From NCBI GenBank assembly GCA_028279745.1, contig JANQNC010000001.1, forward strand, positions 840,001 through 872,000: 32,000 nucleotides of DNA, written 5' to 3'. Positions 1 through 6,257 of the stretch are shown here, one piece after another. The notes beneath the pieces are model-generated. The model was not told the DNA's origin. It worked only from the letters and a program-made list of their open reading frames with translations, and ran no database searches. This DNA comes from Candidatus Nanoarchaeia archaeon (lineage in GTDB: Archaea; Nanobdellota; Nanobdellia; Woesearchaeales; JANQNC01). The translations under genes were made by a program, and so were the position numbers. How positions within the stretch are numbered: position 1 is the first letter of the stretch; each line of letters begins with the position of its first letter.

Positions 1-1023
1 ATAAATGGGTTGGACATAGGAAATGAGGAAAAAACAGTTTATGTAGATTCGGTAGCTGACTCAGATAAGTTATGTGTACTAGATGAAAATGTAACATCAC
101 TATCAGACCTTACAGATGAGTGTGATGGAGAAGACGAAGTATTGCTTAAATGTCCAGAAACAAGATCAGGCATAACTTGTGCAAAAGACGGAGACAGATA
201 TGAGATAGTTGGGTTGGATCATAGCTTAGTTAAGGAGATGGAGAAAAACGAAAGTGAGAAGGCGGAGGATGAGATAGAAGAAAACTGCGCAAAATACTGG
301 GTGTGTACTGCATGGAACCCATCAAACTGTCCACCAGAAGGAAGACAGACAAGATCATGCACAAACACTAAAGGATGTGGTGATGGAAAACCAACACTTA
401 TGCAGACATGTACATACCAGCCTTCATGTGAAGACGGAATAAGAAACCAAGGAGAGATACAAACAGACTGCGGAGGACCTTGTAAAGCATGCTCAACAAC
501 ATTCCAAAGAAGACAACCGATACCTGTAGCAACAACAGCAACAGGACAGGCAGCAGCAGAAACACAATCAGCAAAAAATATAGATGATGAAGAAGGAGGA
601 AGCATATTCTTATGGTTGATCATACTAGTGATATTGGGAATAGGTGGGGCAGGAACATATATTTATGTGAAACCGCAGTTGAAAAACTTACATCTAATGA
701 AAAAAGAAGAGACAGGCGGGGAATATTCATTAGAAGACGTAAAAGAAGCATTGTTACTATTGGAAGAACCAATCCACACAGCACTGATACAAGGAAACTC
801 AGAACAGGACATCAAGAACTCATTAGTAGAACAAGGATGGGATCTAGACTTGGTAGAAGAGATACTGAAAGTGTACCAGTTTGAAGAACACCACAAACAG
901 TTGTATGAATATATGAAAAAACAGATAGCAAAAGGCAAAGATATAGCTGAAGTTAGAAGAAACCTGATAGAGAAGAAATGGGATAAGAAGCTAGTGGATG
1001 AGATGATCAAAGTAGCTAAATAA
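1..1023 (+). CDS. Cys-rich surface protein, probably 5'-partial. It has a Cys-rich ectodomain, a single TM helix and a cytoplasmic tail with two short helical repeat modules.
   Basis: Frame 1 is open to base 1, with no stop before the TTG at 10. The visible N-terminus has no signal peptide, although a Cys-rich ectodomain (nt 286-492, CAKYWVCTAWNPSNCPPEGRQTRSC...SCEDGIRNQGEIQTDCGGPCKAC) precedes one TM helix (IFLWLIILVILGIGGAGTYIYV, nt ~601-666). The start is therefore probably upstream of the window. The C-terminal ~110 aa carry two copies of a helical module (DIKNSLVEQGWDLDLVEEILKV / DIAEVRRNLIEKKWDKKLVDEMIKV). Confidence 0.6.
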   Translation: MNGLDIGNEEKTVYVDSVADSDKLCVLDENVTSLSDLTDECDGEDEVLLKCPETRSGITCAKDGDRYEIVGLDHSLVKEMEKNESEKAEDEIEENCAKYWVCTAWNPSNCPPEGRQTRSCTNTKGCGDGKPTLMQTCTYQPSCEDGIRNQGEIQTDCGGPCKACSTTFQRRQPIPVATTATGQAAAETQSAKNIDDEEGGSIFLWLIILVILGIGGAGTYIYVKPQLKNLHLMKKEETGGEYSLEDVKEALLLLEEPIHTALIQGNSEQDIKNSLVEQGWDLDLVEEILKVYQFEEHHKQLYEYMKKQIAKGKDIAEVRRNLIEKKWDKKLVDEMIKVAK

Positions 1024-1050
1024 TAATTCTTTTTTATAAACCCCCAAAAC

Positions 1051-1060
1051 CTTTATAAAT
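1051..1060 (+). promoter_or_regulatory. TATA-like box (CTTTATAAAT) upstream of the SSB gene, followed by a GGAGG Shine-Dalgarno at 1091-1095
   Basis: An A/T box lies ~45 nt upstream of the ATG at 1104. GGAGG sits 8 nt before that ATG. A second TATA-like box, TTTTTATAAA, is at 1031-1040. Confidence 0.35.
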
Positions 1061-1103
1061 ACCCTCTTAACTTTTTCTAGATAACATAACGGAGGACATT
1101 AAG

Positions 1104-1469
1104 ATGAAAGTAAACGAACTACAAGCAAAACAAGGAAACGTGGACATAGAAGTAGAGATAGTATCAGTAGATGAACCAAGAGAATTCCAAAAATTTGGAA
1201 TGACTGGAAGAGTTGCAAACGCAACCGCAAAAGATGATACAGGAGAAATCAAAGTAACTCTATGGAACGAACAAATCGACCAGGTAAAAGCGGGAGATAA
1301 GGTTAAGATAACAAAAGGATACGTTAATGAATGGCAAGGTGAAAAACAACTTACAACAGGTAAATTTGGCCAGTTAGAAGTTTTAGGATCTGAGTCAACA
1401 GAAGGAACAGAAGCTAATGAAGAAGCTTCAGACGCAGTTGAAGACGCAACTGAAGAGAAAGTAGAATAA
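1104..1469 (+). CDS. ssb: Single-stranded DNA-binding protein with one OB fold and an acidic C-terminal tail (crenarchaeal-type SSB / RPA-like)
   Basis: The segment DDTGEIKVTLWNEQIDQVKAGDKVKITKGYVNEWQGEKQLTTGKFGQLEV matches the OB-fold core pattern of Sulfolobus-type SSB (GDETGRVKLTLWGK...G.VVKIENAW....G..QL..G). It is followed by an acidic tail (SESTEGTEANEEASDAVEDATEEKVE). GGAGG lies upstream. Confidence 0.75.
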   Translation: MKVNELQAKQGNVDIEVEIVSVDEPREFQKFGMTGRVANATAKDDTGEIKVTLWNEQIDQVKAGDKVKITKGYVNEWQGEKQLTTGKFGQLEVLGSESTEGTEANEEASDAVEDATEEKVE

Positions 1470-1495
1470 ATCTTGTGTTAATGGGTTGAGTTCAA

Positions 1496-1608
1496 GGGGA
1501 CGTAGCTCAGCCTGGGAGAGCACTACGCTGAAGACACACTCACTACGTTCGTAGTTTCAGAGTGTCTCTGAAACGTAGGTGTCCCGGATTCAAATTCCGG
1601 CGTCCCCA
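1496..1608 (+). tRNA. tRNA-Phe (anticodon GAA) with a 39-nt intron at the canonical 37/38 position
   Basis: The cloverleaf was read by hand. Acceptor GGGGACG (1496-1502) pairs with CGTCCCC (1601-1607), with discriminator A at 1608. D arm: GCTC-AGCCTGGGA-GAGC. Anticodon stem CTACG (1523-1527) pairs with CGTAG (1574-1578). Loop CT-GAA-GA has the anticodon at 1530-1532. Variable loop: GTGTC. T arm: CCGGA-TTCAAAT-TCCGG. The intervening 1534-1572 is the intron. There is no encoded CCA. Confidence 0.9.
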
Positions 1609-1609
1609 C

Positions 1610-1620
1610 TTTATTTTTCT
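1610..1620 (+). terminator. Oligo-T tract (TTATTTTTCT) directly after the tRNA
   Basis: A T5 run at 1614-1618 lies immediately 3' of the tRNA discriminator base. Archaeal terminators are typically oligo-T tracts. Confidence 0.4.
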
Positions 1621-1624
1621 TAAA

Positions 1625-1634
1625 TTTTATATAG
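1625..1634 (+). promoter_or_regulatory. TATA box (TTTTATATAG) for the ORF at 1656, consistent with a leaderless transcript
   Basis: The box is centred ~26 nt upstream of the ATG at 1656. Confidence 0.4.
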
Positions 1635-1655
1635 TATGGGATAAAGTAGTTCTAT

Positions 1656-2066
1656 ATGGGGGAGAAGAATTTAGAGGAGAGGAGTGATCTAGATCTAATC
1701 AGAGAGTATAGACGAGGTAATAAAGAAGCAGCAGGAGTACTTTACTTTAGATATGAAAAAGCGATAAACCATATGTCTCAGAATACAGTAAGACTTCCAA
1801 GAACAACCCCTCAAGATAAAAAAGGATTAGTTCACATGATATTTGTGAATGCGTTTCCGATGTATAAAAATAAAAACAAAGCAGGATTCCTAACTTACTT
1901 GAAAAGATGCGTAAAGAATGGTTTACTTTCTGAATATAAGAAACTTATAGCACAAAAAAGACAAGGGGAGCTAACTACAATAAGCTTGGATTCAGAAACA
2001 GGAAGACGAGCAGTTGAACAAAGATCTTATCAGATGTGGTCTTTGGGTTATGAAGGGAGGTCGTGA
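1656..2066 (+). CDS. Small helical protein resembling sigma-70/ECF region 2 only, with no region 4
   Basis: SDLDLIREYRRGNKEAAGVLYFRYEKAI resembles the sigma-70 r2.1 opening (..L......Gd..A...L...Y......). AGFLTYLKRCVKNGLLSEYKK resembles r2.2-2.4 (F.tWL..I..N...d..Rk). The ORF has its own TATA box and a K/E-rich composition. The family assignment is tentative. Confidence 0.4.
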   Translation: MGEKNLEERSDLDLIREYRRGNKEAAGVLYFRYEKAINHMSQNTVRLPRTTPQDKKGLVHMIFVNAFPMYKNKNKAGFLTYLKRCVKNGLLSEYKKLIAQKRQGELTTISLDSETGRRAVEQRSYQMWSLGYEGRS

Positions 2067-2069
2067 TCT

Positions 2070-2684
2070 TCAAAATTTATAATCAAACTCTTCATTATTC
2101 AGCTCAGCTAATTCTTCATCAAAACTTTCCCAAGGGAAGATATAAAGTTTGTCAACAACGTTTAACTTTTCACATTCTTCTTTAGAAAGCTTCTGATTCT
2201 CATTTGTGTAATAACCGCAGGTTGTGAAGTCTACATCTTTAACTGAATCTTTGTAAAAATAATCTTTTCCTAGTGCAACATATATGATTTTAGAGCTTGG
2301 GAGTTTATTTTTAATCTCTTTAATAACATCACTTGCGATGGTTCCAGTAGAATGATTCCCTTCAACAACAAGGATTAACGGTTTTTTATTATCAAAACCA
2401 ACAAGATCCGAGAACTTAGTGTTAAGGATCTTCTTTAGATCTAACTCATTCTCACCTTTGAAGTACTTTTCTTGAAATGGTAGTATTCTTAGTGCATTAA
2501 ACTTGTAAGCCAGATTAATTCCTGGGATGCCACCACCTCTAAGAATCGGAACAATGACATCAATCTCCAAATTGTTTTCTTCCAGATATTTAGAGACTTC
2601 TTGGTGGATTTTATCTATGTAGCTTTCATATTCATCCCAATCTATTTTTTTTAGTTGATCTTTTTCATACTTAATTGTCTTCAC
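2070..2684 (-). CDS. Type I phosphoribosyltransferase-like protein
   Basis: It has a PRPP-loop-like motif (PLILVVEGNHSTGTI; compare VLIVDD..dTG.T), an upstream VPILRGGGIPG motif and a C-terminal FPWE. The start overlaps the msrA stop by 14 nt. Confidence 0.55.
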   Translation of the reverse strand: MKTIKYEKDQLKKIDWDEYESYIDKIHQEVSKYLEENNLEIDVIVPILRGGGIPGINLAYKFNALRILPFQEKYFKGENELDLKKILNTKFSDLVGFDNKKPLILVVEGNHSTGTIASDVIKEIKNKLPSSKIIYVALGKDYFYKDSVKDVDFTTCGYYTNENQKLSKEECEKLNVVDKLYIFPWESFDEELAELNNEEFDYKF

Positions 2685-3294
2685 CCCAAGTTTTCTTTAT
2701 GTATTGAGGTCTGCCAGAGCCTACCTCATATAATTTATATTGAATAGTTCTCTTTTCAGAATAATCTTGATGATATTCTTCGGCCAAGAAGAATTTGGGG
2801 GCTTTTAGAATCTTAGTGACAACTGGTTTGTCAAACTTGCCAGACTCTTCTAACTCTTTCTTAGATTCTTCAGCAATCTTCTTCTGTTCATCATCAACAT
2901 AGAAAATAGCTGTTAAATATTGAGAACCTTTATCAACAAACTGACCTTTATCGTCGGTAGGATCTATATTTCTCCAAAAGAACTCAACCAATTCTTTGTA
3001 AGATATTTTTTCAGGATCAAATGTGATTAAGATAGCTTCATAGTGTCCAGTCTTACCAGATGAAACTTCTTCATAAGTTGGATTATCTGTTTCTCCACCT
3101 GTATAACCCGAAACAACATCAGTAACACCATCTAAAGCCTGAAATGCAGCTTCCATACACCAAAAGCAACCACCTGCAAAAGTTGCATTCTCTAACCCTT
3201 CTTTTTTTACCATGGTACTTTCACCTCGTTCAACAACAGCACAACCTAATAAAGTAATAGAAATAAGAATTGCAATAAATATAATCCTTTTCAT
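2671..3294 (-). CDS. msrA: Peptide methionine-S-sulfoxide reductase MsrA with an N-terminal lipoprotein-type signal
   Basis: It carries the GGCFWCMEAAF catalytic motif, then VVSGYTGG...PTYEEV..G.TGH.E and EYHQDY. The N-terminus MKRIIFIAILISITLLGCAV has a lipobox-like LLGC. Confidence 0.9.
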   Translation of the reverse strand: MKRIIFIAILISITLLGCAVVERGESTMVKKEGLENATFAGGCFWCMEAAFQALDGVTDVVSGYTGGETDNPTYEEVSSGKTGHYEAILITFDPEKISYKELVEFFWRNIDPTDDKGQFVDKGSQYLTAIFYVDDEQKKIAEESKKELEESGKFDKPVVTKILKAPKFFLAEEYHQDYSEKRTIQYKLYEVGSGRPQYIKKTWGEDN

Positions 3295-3318
3295 AACTGG
3301 TATTTTGGTGTTAACTGA

Positions 3319-4074
3319 TTATAAACATTTCGCTGTTTTATCTGATAAATCCAAGAATAAGTCAAAAGGATTAATTCCTGAGTTAACTTCATTGATTACG
3401 AAGTTCAAAGCAAAGTCATGCAATCCATTCTTAGCAGGTTCTGGAACGATTAAGTTATTTGATAGATTTCCAATATTCTTTTCTTTGATAGCTCTGATCC
3501 AAGCAAGTTCAAAAGCAAACGCTTTAGCTTCCTCATCTCTACTATTGCCTAAGTTATTTGATAGAACATGACCTATTTCATGACCCATAGTAACCATCAC
3601 ATGAGCAAGATCTGAGTTCTTAACAAAAACCATCTTGGGGTGAGTGTTAATAGCAAAGCCTTCAATACCTTCATGCCAATCTTTATTGATTTCCTTCATC
3701 TTTTCTTTAGAACAGACACTGATCATAATATCTCCTGGAAGTTCTTTGTCTGTTGTAGCTTTGAAAGCTTCTTCAATCAGTTCTTTTATCTCTTCAGCAT
3801 TATCAATAAATTTAGTTTTTGATGCGTATGGGCTGATGAAGTTAGTTGCAGATGCGTAAGTTTTAGATTCAGATTGTTTTGTTGAAGAGTAAGTTTGGGA
3901 AGAGTTGTAGTTAGTTGTTTCTGATAGTGAGAAAGAGTAATCTTGACCTGTTAAAGATTCGATACTGTGGGAAGTTGGGGTGTATTGGGGCGAGGTAGGT
4001 TGTTGAGAACAAGAAGCACAATAGCTAACACTAGGTGAACTGTAATTTATTACTGAATCTATAGTGTTATACAT
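3319..4074 (-). CDS. HExxH zinc-metallopeptidase-like protein (ImmA/IrrE-like core) with an S/T/Y/Q-rich low-complexity N-terminal region
   Basis: MGHEIGHVLSNNLGNSRDEEAKAFAFELAW combines HExxH with a downstream E..A..FA, as in COG2856-type ImmA/IrrE peptidases. The first ~110 aa are S/T/Y/Q rich. Only a 24-nt, TATA-less gap separates it from msrA, which suggests co-transcription with msrA and the PRT gene. Confidence 0.55.
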   Translation of the reverse strand: MYNTIDSVINYSSPSVSYCASCSQQPTSPQYTPTSHSIESLTGQDYSFSLSETTNYNSSQTYSSTKQSESKTYASATNFISPYASKTKFIDNAEEIKELIEEAFKATTDKELPGDIMISVCSKEKMKEINKDWHEGIEGFAINTHPKMVFVKNSDLAHVMVTMGHEIGHVLSNNLGNSRDEEAKAFAFELAWIRAIKEKNIGNLSNNLIVPEPAKNGLHDFALNFVINEVNSGINPFDLFLDLSDKTAKCL

Positions 4075-4202
4075 AGTGTCACATCTCCATACTTTATAGA
4101 GTATAAAGTAAAAGGGTTTTATAAAGAAAATTAGGCTAAAATGGGGTTAAGTGAGACACTTTTGTCATGTATCACTTCCTCAAAGTAGTAAAATATGGGA
4201 AA

Positions 4203-4212
4203 GATTTAAATA
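4203..4212 (+). promoter_or_regulatory. TATA box (GATTTAAATA) for the gene starting at ATG 4235
   Basis: The box is centred ~27 nt upstream of ATG 4235. This favours 4235 over the TTG at 4223 used by the ORF track. Confidence 0.4.
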
Positions 4213-4234
4213 GTGAGCCAAATTGTCAATCTTG

Positions 4235-5416
4235 ATGAAAAAGAAGAAACCAAAGAAATCTAAGGATAGGACTTTTTTTATTCCTGACCACTATATTGAA
4301 CCAGAAACTCACAATTCACCTTCATCTATAAGTGGAGAGGATTACGTAAGTAAAGTGGGTGAAAGATCTTTCGAGGATCTTGCTATACCTAACTTCAATG
4401 GGATGCTGGTTGTAGATCTGAACATAGCTGAAACTTTAGATAGGTTAAGATCATTACCTCCAGCAAGTACAAGAGATTTTATGACAACTAGACCAGGCTC
4501 TGGCGATAATGTGGGACACACTATTGTTGAGGGAGATCAAAACCCTTTTCTTTCTTCATTAATACCTTCAGAAGTTCTTAAAATGTTCGATATTAATATG
4601 TCGGCTCCTTGGGAGTCTGGATGGGGTGAATCTAGAGAAATATCAAAAGAAGAAGCTTGGAACATATTAGAATCAGAAGAAAATGTACCTGTTCCAGAAA
4701 AGTTTGTAGCAAACAGCAAAAACTGGAAACATCTACAAAAAAATGAGTCAAACATATGGACATACCAATTCTCAGATGTTATCTGTGGGGAAGGAAATAT
4801 GAAAGTGTTAGGGCTTCATTACATAGATGAAGGCAAATTCCCATTTATGTTTATTTTTCAAGAGTATATTGGTGTAGACCGTTTGTTTGGTGGAAGAGAA
4901 AGATACAACCATGACCATAAAAGATCTTTTACAGTATACTACTTTGATCCAAAAGGAAAAGGAAGATTTGTTTTGGGAGAACACATGTCAGAAAAGCCAC
5001 ATTATTTTGCAGGGGGTATATTTCAAAAACTGAAAAGTTTTGATTTGGAGTCAGAAGTAAAAGCTGCAATGAGATGTCATCCGGATAAGATAGCATCATC
5101 ATGGGCATATGGTAGTTATACTCTTGGATCTAGGGGTATGACAGATTATGAGATGTGTGAAGCAGGACTGAACGGGGACAGACTGTTTGAAACTTACAAC
5201 AATACAAAACTTGTACAAGATATAGAATCAAAAGTAACTGAAGAGAGAAAAGCAAGGCATGAAAGAGTGCCTTATCTTGTGATGGGGGATGATCCTAGGG
5301 ATTATGAACCAAGCTTCTCATTAAGAAATTCACAATCTTTGGGAGATTCAATTGATATCAAAGAAGTTCTATTTAACATGTTAGAGATGACTAATCCTGA
5401 AGTGTCTTATAGATAA
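4235..5416 (+). CDS. Hypothetical protein with a basic N-terminus and no recognisable domain
   Basis: This is a long ORF with native-like composition. The lysine-rich N-terminus is MKKKKPKKSKDR. I recognised no catalytic or family motif. Its stop lies 1 nt before the next ORF. Confidence 0.6.
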   Translation: MKKKKPKKSKDRTFFIPDHYIEPETHNSPSSISGEDYVSKVGERSFEDLAIPNFNGMLVVDLNIAETLDRLRSLPPASTRDFMTTRPGSGDNVGHTIVEGDQNPFLSSLIPSEVLKMFDINMSAPWESGWGESREISKEEAWNILESEENVPVPEKFVANSKNWKHLQKNESNIWTYQFSDVICGEGNMKVLGLHYIDEGKFPFMFIFQEYIGVDRLFGGRERYNHDHKRSFTVYYFDPKGKGRFVLGEHMSEKPHYFAGGIFQKLKSFDLESEVKAAMRCHPDKIASSWAYGSYTLGSRGMTDYEMCEAGLNGDRLFETYNNTKLVQDIESKVTEERKARHERVPYLVMGDDPRDYEPSFSLRNSQSLGDSIDIKEVLFNMLEMTNPEVSYR

Positions 5417-5417
5417 A

Positions 5418-6257
5418 ATGGAATTAGAAAAAACATTGAAAGAAGTACTTGAAATAAGTCCAGTAACACCTCACATTTTTCTAGAAAGTATGCTGACTGT
5501 AGAAAGAGGAGCGAGACCTGCTTCACTAGTCTTTATGGATCAGTTTAACCAAAAAAAGATGGGCAGACCAACAAGCTTGAATACAGAAGAACATCAATGG
5601 TATAGAGATGTAAAGAAAGCAGCAGAACAGATGGGGTTAAAAACATTTATCATGACAGATGTTGATGGGCCTCCAGGATCAGCAGTATTTCCAAAAGTAG
5701 TTTTCTATAAGGAAGATCATATAGGTGATAAATTCAGATCACTTGAGGAAACATACAAAGAGATCAACCAGATTAAAACTAAAGAAAACAAGTTAGATGC
5801 AAGATTTTTCCCAGCAAAATATGATGAAGGATTATTGTTTGGGATACCTTCTTGTTGTGCTTCTAACTTTATAGAAACAAGAATACAATCATTTAGCGGA
5901 GGGGGAAAAGACAGCACAATAGAAGAAGTGTTGAGAAAGAAACTTGTTAACTTAGCGGATGATGTTAATGAAGTGGGGAAATTACCTGTAAACTTTCTTT
6001 CTATGTTCTGGGCATATGAAGTATACCCTTGCAGTTTGGATTGTAAGCCTGCACAGATGAAAGGATATGAGGTATTGAGTTGTTTTGGGGATCAAAAGGT
6101 TGCAGAACTGTACAAAGATGTGATTATGGTAAATAATGCAAAAGCATTACACACAAGGTGGGCAGTTATAGAAATGCCAAAAAGAATACCGCATACAGAA
6201 GATATATACAGAAAGTTTAATCAGGGAGTTTTAGATTATATTCAAGAGAATTTCTAA
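5418..6257 (+). CDS. Hypothetical protein with a CC...C...C cysteine signature
   Basis: The ATG lies 1 nt after the upstream stop, giving an operon pair. LLFGIPSCCASNFIE and YPCSLDCKP form a four-Cys arrangement that could bind metal. I could not assign a family confidently from memory. Confidence 0.6.
   Translation: MELEKTLKEVLEISPVTPHIFLESMLTVERGARPASLVFMDQFNQKKMGRPTSLNTEEHQWYRDVKKAAEQMGLKTFIMTDVDGPPGSAVFPKVVFYKEDHIGDKFRSLEETYKEINQIKTKENKLDARFFPAKYDEGLLFGIPSCCASNFIETRIQSFSGGGKDSTIEEVLRKKLVNLADDVNEVGKLPVNFLSMFWAYEVYPCSLDCKPAQMKGYEVLSCFGDQKVAELYKDVIMVNNAKALHTRWAVIEMPKRIPHTEDIYRKFNQGVLDYIQENF

Noticed and set aside
219-1010. Alternative-frame and antisense ORFs (219-623, 612-884, 663-1010) overlapping the first CDS
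   Set aside because: The frame-1 ORF is much longer and has a coherent architecture of Cys-rich domain, TM helix and repeated helical modules. The others show no such features.
1609-6257. Idea that the region downstream of tRNA-Phe is an integrated mobile element
   Set aside because: I found no integrase or recombinase and no direct repeat of the tRNA 3' end by eye. The region contains housekeeping-type genes (msrA, a PRT-like gene). The idea is unsupported. An exact-match search for the tRNA 3' 15-25 nt across the contig would settle it.
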